The notes beneath the pieces are model-generated. The model had not been told where the DNA came from, searched no databases, and was given only the letters and a program-made list of their open reading frames with translations. Shown piece after piece: positions 46,349 to 55,597 of a DNA stretch of 64,000 bases. Made by a program: the position numbers and the translations under genes. Source of the DNA: an uncultured Alphaproteobacteria bacterium (GTDB taxonomy: Bacteria > Pseudomonadota > Alphaproteobacteria > Methylaequorales > Methylaequoraceae); assembly GCA_902563505.1 (NCBI GenBank), contig CACEXK010000003.1, positions 19,076 through 83,075 of the forward strand. Reading direction: 5' to 3'. Position 1 is the stretch's first letter; each line of letters opens with the position of its first letter.

Positions 46349-47332
46349 ATGAAAGATAATTTTGGAAGAAATATCAACTACCTCAGATTGTCTGTTACAG
46401 ATAGATGTGACTTAAGATGTAAATATTGTATGCCAATAAAAAATCAATTCTTTTTAAAAAAAAAAGAATTCTTATCACAAAATGAACTTAGAACTATATC
46501 AAATATTTTATTTAAACTTGGAATTAATAAAATCAGAATAACAGGGGGCGAGCCTCTGATTAGAAAAGATATAATTGAATACTTATCTTTTCTGAGCATC
46601 CAAAAAAAAAAAGGGCTTTTAAAGGATGTTTTGCTTAGCACTAATGGCACACAATTAAAAAGATTTGCAAAAAAACTATTTGATTTAGGCATTAGAAGAA
46701 TCAATGTATCTCTGGATTCGTTAGTATCTGAAAAATATAATTTCATTACAAATGGAGGTAGTCTTGAAAAAGTTCTTGATGGTATATATGAAGCAAAAAA
46801 ATGTGGTTTAGAAATAAAAATCAACACAGTATTACTTAAAGATTTTAATGAAGAAGAAATTTTGAATATGATCAAATGGTGTGCAATAAACAATTTCAGG
46901 CAATCATTTATTGAGGTGATGCCTGTTGGAGAACTGAGTACAAGCCGAACAAGTCAATATCTTCCTGTTTCATTCGCAAAAAAATTGATAAGAAAAGAAT
47001 TCGGTTTGTTTGAAACTAAATTAAAAACTAACGGCCCCTCAAGGTATTTTAAAACTAATAAATTTAAAAATATTATTGGATTCATTTCTCCAATATCAGA
47101 TCATTTTTGTGCAACTTGTAATAGAATTAGAATCACCAGCAATGGTATTCTTTACCCATGCCTCGGGGATAATGGTGCAGTTGACCTAAAACCATATATT
47201 TATAAAAAAAATGATTTAGAGTTATTTAAAGTTATAAAAAATAGTATTCATACTAAACCAGAAAGACATTTTTTTAAGATTAACGAAAAAGGGTATATCA
47301 AAGAAAGATTTATGAATACAACGGGTGGATAA
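46349..47332 (+). CDS. moaA: GTP 3',8-cyclase (Moco biosynthesis, radical SAM)
   Basis: YLRLSVTDRCDLRCKYCMP (CxxxCxxC), a C-terminal CATCNRIRITSNG cluster motif and a terminal GG are present. Confidence 0.93.
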   Translation: MKDNFGRNINYLRLSVTDRCDLRCKYCMPIKNQFFLKKKEFLSQNELRTISNILFKLGINKIRITGGEPLIRKDIIEYLSFLSIQKKKGLLKDVLLSTNGTQLKRFAKKLFDLGIRRINVSLDSLVSEKYNFITNGGSLEKVLDGIYEAKKCGLEIKINTVLLKDFNEEEILNMIKWCAINNFRQSFIEVMPVGELSTSRTSQYLPVSFAKKLIRKEFGLFETKLKTNGPSRYFKTNKFKNIIGFISPISDHFCATCNRIRITSNGILYPCLGDNGAVDLKPYIYKKNDLELFKVIKNSIHTKPERHFFKINEKGYIKERFMNTTGG

Positions 47333-47333
47333 A

Positions 47334-48098
47334 ATGAAAAAAAAGATTGGATTTATTTCCTCCAATAAACCTGAAGCAAAAGAATCTCTTAAGATTTTAC
47401 AAAAATTATACGATAGTGTGGCACCAGACAAAGCTGATGTAATTGTAGCTTTGGGAGGAGATGGAACTGTTCTTAAATGTTTACATAATTTCTTGAATAA
47501 ACAAATTCCAATTTATGGAATGAATAGAGGTTTTGTTGGTTTTTTAATGAATCAATATTCAGAAAAAAATCTTGAAAAAAGACTAGCAAAAGCAATTCCA
47601 TATAAACTTTATCCATTAAAAATCAAAAGCTATGATCTTAAAGGTAAAATTAAAGAGGGACTTGCTTTTAATGATGTTTCGATGATCAGAAATAGTTCTA
47701 AAATAGCAAAAATAAAAATACAAATTAATAATAAAACAAGAATTGAGGAATTTCTTGGAGATGGTTGTTTGATTTCTACTCCAGCAGGAAGTTCAGCCTA
47801 CAATTTATCATTAAGAGGGCCTGTCATACCAGTTGAAGCACAAGTCCTTGCACTAACACCCATAAGCCCCTACCGGCCAAGAAGGTGGAGGGGAGCATTG
47901 TTAGATAATAATGTACATATTACCCTTCTATCTTTAGACTCTAAAAGAAGACCTGTAAGAGCCGAGGCAGATTTCCTGGAGTTCAATAATATTGAAAAAT
48001 TAGAAATAAGCTTAGACAAAAAATGTTTTATGAATTTACTTTTTGATCCAGGTCATGATCTTGAGGAAAGAATAATTAACGAACAATTTAATAATTAA
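47334..48098 (+). CDS. nadK: NAD kinase
   Basis: The GGDGT motif (VALGGDGTVLK), NRGFVGFL and ...STPAGSSAYNLS... are present. The ATG at 47334 is preferred over the GTG at 47325. Confidence 0.9.
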   Translation: MKKKIGFISSNKPEAKESLKILQKLYDSVAPDKADVIVALGGDGTVLKCLHNFLNKQIPIYGMNRGFVGFLMNQYSEKNLEKRLAKAIPYKLYPLKIKSYDLKGKIKEGLAFNDVSMIRNSSKIAKIKIQINNKTRIEEFLGDGCLISTPAGSSAYNLSLRGPVIPVEAQVLALTPISPYRPRRWRGALLDNNVHITLLSLDSKRRPVRAEADFLEFNNIEKLEISLDKKCFMNLLFDPGHDLEERIINEQFNN

Positions 48099-48103
48099 GT
48101 TTT

Positions 48104-49240
48104 ATGAATTTTGAGAAGATACTCTCTAAATTAGTTTCATATCCAACAATTAGCGAAACTAGCAATAGAAAAATGATGGATTTCATAAATAATTATTTAA
48201 TGAAATATGGTTTTAAATCAGAATTGCTAGAAGGATCAAAAGGACAATTTAATCTTCATTGCAGAATTGGACCTGATCGAAACGGGGGAATTATCTTGTC
48301 TGGGCATACCGATGTTGTCCCAACCATTGGACAAAAATGGTTAACAGATCCATTTAAACTAACTAAAAAGAAAAATAAACTTTATGGAAGAGGAAGTTGT
48401 GATATGAAAGGTTTCATTTCAGTTGTAATGTCAGTTATTCCTAAAATAAAGATTCAGAAAATAAAAAAACCATTACATTTAGTTCTCTCTTATGATGAAG
48501 AGATTGGTTGTATTGGAATTCAAAAATTAGTCCCTTTCCTTAAAAAATTAAAGCCAAAACCCAAATTTTGTATTGTTGGCGAACCCACAGAAATGAAACT
48601 AATAAATCAACATAAAGGTAAAAAAAATTTTTCAGTCTCTTTTACTGGAGTTGAATCTCATTCATCTCTAGTGGATAATGGGGTTAATGCTATAGATTTT
48701 TGTTCAGAATTCATTAACTATCTGGTTAAACTTCAAGATGATTTGAAGAAAAATAATATTGATAAAAGATTTAATCCGCCATATCCAACAATTAACATAG
48801 GACTAATTTCAGGAGGGATTGCAGTAAATATTATTCCAAAAGATTGCAGACTGGATTTTGAAGTCAGAGATACACCAAGTTTAGACTATGATAAATTATT
48901 AGAAAAAATTACTACCTTTATAAAGATTCTTGAAACAAAAATGAAAAACAAAAATCCAAAATGCTCTGTTAGAATGGTCAAAAACAATGATTTTCCTCCA
49001 CTTTCAACAAAACAAAATGAAGAAATTATAGAATTAGTTCTGAAAAATTTAAAAACAAACTCCCTTGGAACTGTAAGCTTTGGTACCGAGGCAGGTGTAT
49101 TCAATCAAGCCAACTTCCAAACAGTTGTATGTGGTCCAGGAAGTATAAATGAAGCTCACAGACCTAATGAATTTGTGACTGAGGAGCAATTAATTGAATG
49201 TGAAAAATTCATTGAAAAAACAATTAATCATCTCTATTAA
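48104..49240 (+). CDS. argE: Acetylornithine deacetylase (M20 family)
   Basis: Recognised from LSGHTDVVP..GQKWLTDPF...LYGRGSCDMKGF... Confidence 0.8.
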   Translation: MNFEKILSKLVSYPTISETSNRKMMDFINNYLMKYGFKSELLEGSKGQFNLHCRIGPDRNGGIILSGHTDVVPTIGQKWLTDPFKLTKKKNKLYGRGSCDMKGFISVVMSVIPKIKIQKIKKPLHLVLSYDEEIGCIGIQKLVPFLKKLKPKPKFCIVGEPTEMKLINQHKGKKNFSVSFTGVESHSSLVDNGVNAIDFCSEFINYLVKLQDDLKKNNIDKRFNPPYPTINIGLISGGIAVNIIPKDCRLDFEVRDTPSLDYDKLLEKITTFIKILETKMKNKNPKCSVRMVKNNDFPPLSTKQNEEIIELVLKNLKTNSLGTVSFGTEAGVFNQANFQTVVCGPGSINEAHRPNEFVTEEQLIECEKFIEKTINHLY

Positions 49241-49242
49241 AA

Positions 49243-50298
49243 ATGCTTCTAAAAGAACTAGACTTTAAGTTACCTCAAGATCTGATAGCTTTGTATCCAA
49301 AAAAACCTAGAGACGAGTCAAAACTAGTACTAGTTGAAGACGAATTCAAAATAATAGAGTTTAAAGAAATTATTGATTTTCTAAAACCAAATGATGCCCT
49401 AGTCTTTAATAATACTAAAGTTATAAATGCTAATCTTCTAGGCAATGTGAAAAAAAGAAAAGTTGTAGTCAATTTAAATAAAATAATTGACCAAGACAAA
49501 GTTATTTGGAGTGTTTTTATTAAATCCAACAAAAGACCTGAAATATCTGATCAAATGTCTTTTCCTGGCAACCTTAATGCCGTAGTAATTGATATTTTAA
49601 AATCAAATAATATTGATTGTTTTATAATTAAATTTTTATGTACTTTTAGTATATTTAAAAAAAAATTAAAATCTGTTGGTTTGATACCTTTACCCCCTTA
49701 CATCACAAAAAAAAGACAAGTCCAAAAGTCTGATTTAAGAGATTATCAAACAGTATTTGCTAAAAGAGATGGTGCAGTAGCTTCACCAACAGCAAGTCTG
49801 CATTTTTCAAATAAATTATTGAAAAAAATTAAACATAAGAAAATAAAGCTCATTTGTGTAACGCTTCATATAAATGGTGCAACATTTTTACCAGTAAGAG
49901 CAAACAATGTTTATAAACATCAGATGCATCACGAATATGGCTATATTTCAAAAAAGTCGTCCGATCAAATTAATAAAATCAAGGAAAAAGGTGGCAGAAT
50001 TATAGCTGTTGGCACAACAGTTTTAAGAGTTTTAGAATCAGCAAAAAAAGATGATGGGAAAATTAAACCTTTTAATGGAGAAACAAACATTTTTATTAAA
50101 CCAGGATGGAAAATTAATTCTATAGATGGAATAATAACTAATTTTCATTTACCAAAATCAACTCTATTACTCCTTATTTATGCTCTAATTGGCAAAAAAA
50201 AAACGATGGAATTATATAACTTTGCCATACAAAATAAAATGAGGTTCTTTTCTTATGGTGATGCGAGTTTGATTTGGAGAAAAAATGGAAAATTTTGA
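49243..50298 (+). CDS. queA: S-adenosylmethionine:tRNA ribosyltransferase-isomerase
   Basis: The N-terminus is LDFKLPQDLIALYP...RDESKL, followed by ...YQTVFAK..GAVASPTASLHF... and ...VGTTVLRVLES... Confidence 0.92.
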   Translation: MLLKELDFKLPQDLIALYPKKPRDESKLVLVEDEFKIIEFKEIIDFLKPNDALVFNNTKVINANLLGNVKKRKVVVNLNKIIDQDKVIWSVFIKSNKRPEISDQMSFPGNLNAVVIDILKSNNIDCFIIKFLCTFSIFKKKLKSVGLIPLPPYITKKRQVQKSDLRDYQTVFAKRDGAVASPTASLHFSNKLLKKIKHKKIKLICVTLHINGATFLPVRANNVYKHQMHHEYGYISKKSSDQINKIKEKGGRIIAVGTTVLRVLESAKKDDGKIKPFNGETNIFIKPGWKINSIDGIITNFHLPKSTLLLLIYALIGKKKTMELYNFAIQNKMRFFSYGDASLIWRKNGKF

Positions 50299-51406
50299 AT
50301 TTCTGATAAAAGATTATGACGGATATGCTAGGGCTGGATTGATTAAGACTGCTCATGGTAGAATAAATACACCTGTCTTTATGCCTGTGGGGACTTTAGG
50401 ATCGGTTAAATCAGTATTTCCATCTGATTTAATCAAACTCAAAATTGAAATTATTCTAGCTAATACATACCACCTTATGCTTAGGCCCGGAGAGGATCTT
50501 ATAAAAAAAATGGGAGGATTAAATAAATTTATGAATTGGGAAAAACCAATTTTAACTGACTCAGGTGGTTTTCAAATTTGGTCATTATCAAAGTTAAGAG
50601 AAATTACAGAGCAAGGAATAAACTTTATGTCTCATATAGATGGAAAAAAATATCAATTAAGTCCTGAAAAAGCTATCACAATTCAACAAAAATTAAACTC
50701 TACTATTTCAATGGTTTTAGACGAGTGCACCGAACATCCAGCTACTTATAAAAGAACTAAAGAATCTATGGAATTAACTATTAGATGGGCTGAAAGAAGT
50801 AAAAAAAAGTTTTCAAAAAGGAAAGGGTTTGGTTTATTTGGAATTGTTCAAGGAGGAATGTACAAAGATCTAAGAAAATTTTGTTCTAAAGAACTTACAA
50901 ACTTTAACTTTGATGGCTATGCAATTGGAGGACTTTCAGTTGGTGAGAATCACTTGGAAATGATAGAAGTATTGGATGATACTTTAGAAAATCTGAAAAT
51001 TGAAAAACCTAGATACCTTATGGGAGTTGGTCGTCCAATTGACATAATCAAATCAGTTGAAAAAGGTGTAGATATGTTTGACTGTGTTCTTCCAACAAGA
51101 TTCGGAAGAAACGGAAGAGCATTTACAACATATGGTGAAATAAATTTAAGAAATTCAAAATTTAGATATGACTCAAGTCCCTTAGATAAAAATATTGATT
51201 GTTATGTTTCCAAAAGTTTTTCAAAATCCTATATTCATCATTTGACAAAAAGTAATGAAATTCTATCATCAATGATATTAAGCCTTCATAATATAGCTTT
51301 TTATAAAAAAATGATGTCTGAAATTAGAGAATCTATATTAAAAAAAAAATTCAGAAAAATAAAAAATAGATATTTAAAATACCATGAAAACCACCAAAAA
51401 ACCTGA
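50285..51406 (+). CDS. tgt: tRNA-guanine transglycosylase
   Basis: ARAG.I.T.HG.I.TPVFMPVGT, TDSGGFQ, GLSVGE and the Zn site region CYV...H are present. Confidence 0.95.
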   Translation: MENFEFLIKDYDGYARAGLIKTAHGRINTPVFMPVGTLGSVKSVFPSDLIKLKIEIILANTYHLMLRPGEDLIKKMGGLNKFMNWEKPILTDSGGFQIWSLSKLREITEQGINFMSHIDGKKYQLSPEKAITIQQKLNSTISMVLDECTEHPATYKRTKESMELTIRWAERSKKKFSKRKGFGLFGIVQGGMYKDLRKFCSKELTNFNFDGYAIGGLSVGENHLEMIEVLDDTLENLKIEKPRYLMGVGRPIDIIKSVEKGVDMFDCVLPTRFGRNGRAFTTYGEINLRNSKFRYDSSPLDKNIDCYVSKSFSKSYIHHLTKSNEILSSMILSLHNIAFYKKMMSEIRESILKKKFRKIKNRYLKYHENHQKT

Positions 51407-51842
51407 ATATCTTGGATCAAAGTCTAAAATACCTGAATCACCCCAAGATTTTATAATTGATGGTATTAAGAATCCTCATCCTAACAAAGATTATGTTATT
51501 AGATTTTCATCACCAGAACTAACAAGCATATGCCCAATTACATCACAACCAGATTTTGGTTGTGTTATTTTAGATTATGTTCCTAAAAATTTAATTTTGG
51601 AGAGTAAATCATTCAAATTATTTCTCTTCTCTTTCAGAAACTTTGGTGGATTTCATGAGGATTGTACAATTCTAATTGGAAAAAAAATTGAAAAATTTAT
51701 AAAGCCAAAATGGTTAAGGGTGGCAAGTTTTTGGAATCCCAGAGGGGGTATTCCAATAGATGTCTTTTATCAGAATGGTAAAAAACCCGATAATGTTTAT
51801 GTAGAAAAACTTAATGTTAGTCCCTATACAGGAAGATTTTGA
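51384..51842 (+). CDS. queF: NADPH-dependent 7-cyano-7-deazaguanine (preQ0) reductase, type I
   Basis: It has the catalytic Cys context (ELTSICPITSQPDF) and the QueF motif (ESKSFKLFLFSFRN). It overlaps tgt by 23 nt. Confidence 0.9.
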   Translation: MKTTKKPEYLGSKSKIPESPQDFIIDGIKNPHPNKDYVIRFSSPELTSICPITSQPDFGCVILDYVPKNLILESKSFKLFLFSFRNFGGFHEDCTILIGKKIEKFIKPKWLRVASFWNPRGGIPIDVFYQNGKKPDNVYVEKLNVSPYTGRF

Positions 51843-52199
51843 TTAATCTCCTTTGAACACACATCCACCAATCCTAGGTCTATTAATTTCTATACTTTCA
51901 AGATTCTTAATTTTCTTTTTTAATTTAAACCAGAACCACCTGGCTAAATTTTCACTAGTAGGATTTTTTAAACCATTTATATCATTAAGAATCTTATGAT
52001 CTAAAATTTTTAAAAGAGGAGTTACGAACTGATCTAATTCATCATAGTTTATAACCCAATTATTTTCATTATCAATATTTCCGTTAACTCTAACAGTTAC
52101 TTCAAATGTATGCCCATGAACTCTACCATATTTATGATCTTTTGGGAAATTAGGCATAAAATGCGCTGCATCAAAAAAATATTTCTTGAAAATCATCAT
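51843..52199 (-). CDS. queD: 6-carboxy-5,6,7,8-tetrahydropterin synthase
   Basis: It shows the PTPS fold signature (FDAAHFMPNFP...HGHTFEV). Its stop codon abuts the queF stop with no spacer. Confidence 0.9.
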   Translation of the reverse strand: MMIFKKYFFDAAHFMPNFPKDHKYGRVHGHTFEVTVRVNGNIDNENNWVINYDELDQFVTPLLKILDHKILNDINGLKNPTSENLARWFWFKLKKKIKNLESIEINRPRIGGCVFKGD

Positions 52200-52200
52200 T

Positions 52201-52833
52201 TTAGCTAATCCCCAATGCTTTATGAATTTGAAAGCTTGGAAACCATGGTTTATGTGAGCTACAATAATTAATTGTTTTTTGTATATTAATTTGTTTATTC
52301 ATATTTTCTTTTGGTTGTAAAAAAAAATATTTAAATTTTAATTTTAAAACTCTGTTTAAATCAAACCTGTATTGAGGATAAACAATTTTTAATTCATCAC
52401 CAGTTTTAAGATTCCATTCAGCATTTTCTTTCGGACTTACGCATGTCCAATCAAATTTTAAGTTAGTATTAATTGTACCGTTAGTCTCTAATGCTATAAA
52501 AAAATTCTTTTTTTTTAGTGCTTGTAATAATTTTTTATCAACTTGAAGCAATGGCTCACCACCAGTCAAGATTATAAACTTTGTTCCCACAGTAAATTTT
52601 AAATTCCAGATTTTTTCGACAGTAAAAATCAAATCCTTAAGCGAGTAACTTCCTCCGAAAGGACCATCCACCCCCCTGAAATCTGTATCACAAAAATTAC
52701 ATATTGAATTTTTCCTATCTTTAATAATTCCATTCCATAAATTACATCCAGAAAATCTCACAAATAATGCATCCTTTCCTGTAAAAAAACCTTCACCTTG
52801 AATTGATTTAAAAATTTCTTTGATTTTATACAT
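52201..52833 (-). CDS. queE: 7-carboxy-7-deazaguanine synthase (radical SAM)
   Basis: IFKSIQGEGFFTG..ALFVRFSGCNL... and ...CNFCDT are present. Confidence 0.9.
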   Translation of the reverse strand: MYKIKEIFKSIQGEGFFTGKDALFVRFSGCNLWNGIIKDRKNSICNFCDTDFRGVDGPFGGSYSLKDLIFTVEKIWNLKFTVGTKFIILTGGEPLLQVDKKLLQALKKKNFFIALETNGTINTNLKFDWTCVSPKENAEWNLKTGDELKIVYPQYRFDLNRVLKLKFKYFFLQPKENMNKQINIQKTINYCSSHKPWFPSFQIHKALGIS

Positions 52834-52842
52834 AATATAATT

Positions 52843-53511
52843 TTATTCCTCTAGCCCAGCATTCTCAAAACCTTTTTTTCTTAATAGACACGAATCACAA
52901 ATCCCACACATCTTTTTTTTTGATGGATTATAACAACTGCATGTTTTAGAAAAATCTACATTATTTTTTTTTCCTATCAAAATTATTTCCTCTTTGTTTA
53001 AATTAATTAATGGAGCTTTTATTTTAAATTTTTTTCCCTCCAAACCTTTTTTTGTTGAAATATTTATTAAGCTTTCAAATTTATCTATGAACCCTTGCCT
53101 ACAATCTGGATATCCCGAGTAATCTATTGAATTTACTCCAATATAAATTTCTTCAATATTTTGAGATTCTGCATATCCCGCAGCAAAGGATAAAAAAATT
53201 AAATTTCTTCCTGGAACATATGTAATTGGAATTTCTTTTGGAATATCCTCAATATTTTTATTCACTGGGACATCTATATCATCTGTCAAAGCTGAACCAC
53301 CAAATGAAGCAATCTTAAAAATCTTATGAGAAACGCACTTGAATTTCTTAGCCTGCCATTTTGCAAACTCCAATTCTATCTTATGTCTTTGACCATAATC
53401 AAATGAAATTGCATATACTGAAATATTAAGATTCCTGCAGATAGATAAAACCACAGTTGAATCCAGTCCTCCGCTTAAAAGTACAATTGCTTTTTTTATT
53501 TTACTATTCAT
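52843..53511 (-). CDS. queC: 7-cyano-7-deazaguanine synthase
   Basis: It has a PP-loop (VLLSGGLDSTV) and a C-terminal Zn Cys cluster (CSCYNPSKKKMCGICDSCLLR). Confidence 0.93.
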   Translation of the reverse strand: MNSKIKKAIVLLSGGLDSTVVLSICRNLNISVYAISFDYGQRHKIELEFAKWQAKKFKCVSHKIFKIASFGGSALTDDIDVPVNKNIEDIPKEIPITYVPGRNLIFLSFAAGYAESQNIEEIYIGVNSIDYSGYPDCRQGFIDKFESLINISTKKGLEGKKFKIKAPLINLNKEEIILIGKKNNVDFSKTCSCYNPSKKKMCGICDSCLLRKKGFENAGLEE

Positions 53512-53541
53512 TTTAATATATATTATTAAACATAAAAAAAA

Positions 53542-54657
53542 ATGCAGATATTAAAAGAAAAAATAAAACAAAAAGCAAAGACATTAGGTTTTGATGTTGT
53601 AGGCTTCACAAAACCTCATGTCGATGAGGATACCAAAAAAAAATTTAAAGAATTTCTAGAAAATAATTGCCACGGAGAAATGAATTGGTTAGAAAGACAT
53701 TTTGAAAAAAAGATTGATCCCAAGATCATATGGGATGAGGTTCAGACAGTAATGGTTTTGGGCTTAAATTATGGACCAAAAGCAAACCCATTATTAAAAA
53801 ATAATTTTAAAGAAATTGCTAACGCAAGTGTTTATGCAAATAATAAAGATTATCATGATGTTATATTTAAAAAACTTAACCTTATGCAGAAATGGCTTAT
53901 TAATGAATTAAAAATTAAATCAAAGTTGTTTGTCGATACATCCCCTATATTAGAAAAATACTTTGCAAAAAAGGCAGATATTGGTTGGCAAGGCAAACAT
54001 ACAAATCTTGTTTCAAAGGAATTTGGGTCCTGGCTTTTTTTGGCGGAGATATTTTTACCAATAAAACTTAATTTGAACAATAACTCGATTGATAATTGTG
54101 GAAATTGTCGAAAATGTTTAGATATATGTCCAACGGGAGCATTAATTGATGAATATAAAATTGATGCGAGGAGGTGTATTTCGTACTTAACTATTGAATA
54201 TAAAGGGCCTTTTCCTCAAAAAATCAGAAAAAAAATAGGTAATAAAATCTATGGTTGTGATGATTGTTTATCCGTTTGTCCATGGAATAAATTTTCAACC
54301 CCAACAAATAATAAAGATTTTCTCTCATCAAAAAACGAAAAGGAATTAAGTTTTTTTTTAGGGTTTAGTGAAAAGAAATTTAAAAAATTTTTTAAGGATT
54401 CTCCTATAAAAAGAATAGGGTGGGTCAGCTTTATGAGAAACATAATCATTGCATCAGGTAATAGTGAAGAAAAAAGTTTAATTAAATATCTAAAAAAATT
54501 ATCTAAAAATGATAACCCAATTATCAGAGGATCTTGTATATGGTCTTTAAATCAATTAATGAAAGAAAAAGAAAAAAAAATATTCGAGTATATGAAAAGA
54601 AAAGAAAAAAATAAATATGTTTTGTATGAGCTAGATATGACTAACAAGTTTTTTTAA
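53542..54657 (+). CDS. queG: Epoxyqueuosine reductase
   Basis: Two 4Fe-4S motifs (CGNCRKCLDICPTGAL; CDDCLSVCPWNKF) and HEAT-like C-terminal repeats are present. Confidence 0.9.
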   Translation: MQILKEKIKQKAKTLGFDVVGFTKPHVDEDTKKKFKEFLENNCHGEMNWLERHFEKKIDPKIIWDEVQTVMVLGLNYGPKANPLLKNNFKEIANASVYANNKDYHDVIFKKLNLMQKWLINELKIKSKLFVDTSPILEKYFAKKADIGWQGKHTNLVSKEFGSWLFLAEIFLPIKLNLNNNSIDNCGNCRKCLDICPTGALIDEYKIDARRCISYLTIEYKGPFPQKIRKKIGNKIYGCDDCLSVCPWNKFSTPTNNKDFLSSKNEKELSFFLGFSEKKFKKFFKDSPIKRIGWVSFMRNIIIASGNSEEKSLIKYLKKLSKNDNPIIRGSCIWSLNQLMKEKEKKIFEYMKRKEKNKYVLYELDMTNKFF

Positions 54658-55575
54658 TCCTTCAAGCATATTGTCTATCACTCCCTCGTCTGATGAAGAA
54701 TGGCCAGCGGTATTAAGAATATTTAAATTCGAATTTTTCCAATTCTTGTGAAGCCTATATGCATTTGAAGGAGGACAAATTAAGTCATACCTACCTTGAA
54801 CAATATAACCTGGAATGTTTGATATTTTTGATGTTTCATTGATAATTTGATTGTCTTCCATAAAAAAACGATTTTTTATATAATGAAGTTCCATGAAAGG
54901 AGAGTTGGGCAACCCCTCACGTTTAAGAATTTGACTTTTCTGTTGGAATTCATAAATTTCAGGGTTTATTTGTGATAAAGTTCTTTCGTAATCATGCCAA
55001 ATCCAGGAGTGAAGTTTGGAATTTTTCTTACAAATCTTTTCATAATATGTATCAATCAAATCTTTCTTAGGATCAACCTGGGTCAAAAAAAAATTGTACA
55101 AATTTGGTGCAAAAATCCTTGGGCCATCTATGAAAGCCCACTGAATTTCTCTCATTGTTCCTAAAAAAACAGATCTCAATAAAATACCAAGTACATTTTT
55201 TGGATATGTTAGGGAGTATTTCAGAGCTAATGTTGCTCCCCAAGAGCCGCCAACAATTAGAATTTTTTTTAAATTTAAAAAATTTCTAATCTTTTCAATA
55301 TCTCTGACTAAATTATCTGTATCATTACCTTCAAGAGATCTATATGGTGTACTTTTCCCGCATCCTCTTTGATCAAAAATTATAGATTGAAAGATCTCGG
55401 GATCAAAGAGAGAATGATGTTCACTTCTGCAATGTCCTCCTGGTCCCCCATGAACAAAAATGGCTGGTATACCCTCTTTTTTTCCGCTGACCTCTAAATA
55501 AAGCTCATTTCCATCACCAACATCTAACTTGTACATTTCAGGAAGCATTATGTGTTTAAATAATTTACTTTTCAT
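54631..55575 (-). CDS. pip: Prolyl aminopeptidase (proline iminopeptidase), alpha/beta hydrolase
   Basis: HGGPGG, FDQRGCGKS and the nucleophile elbow GGSWGATLAL are present. Its 3' end overlaps the queG 3' end by 27 nt. Confidence 0.88.
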   Translation of the reverse strand: MKSKLFKHIMLPEMYKLDVGDGNELYLEVSGKKEGIPAIFVHGGPGGHCRSEHHSLFDPEIFQSIIFDQRGCGKSTPYRSLEGNDTDNLVRDIEKIRNFLNLKKILIVGGSWGATLALKYSLTYPKNVLGILLRSVFLGTMREIQWAFIDGPRIFAPNLYNFFLTQVDPKKDLIDTYYEKICKKNSKLHSWIWHDYERTLSQINPEIYEFQQKSQILKREGLPNSPFMELHYIKNRFFMEDNQIINETSKISNIPGYIVQGRYDLICPPSNAYRLHKNWKNSNLNILNTAGHSSSDEGVIDNMLEGLKKLVSHI

Positions 55576-55597
55576 TTCAATTCATTAAATTAATATT

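Noticed and set aside
47418-47423. Other TGGCAC hexamers inside coding regions (within nadK at about 47418 and within purB at about 61348).
   Set aside because: No TTGC follows at the required N5 spacing, and the positions are intragenic. They are considered chance occurrences.
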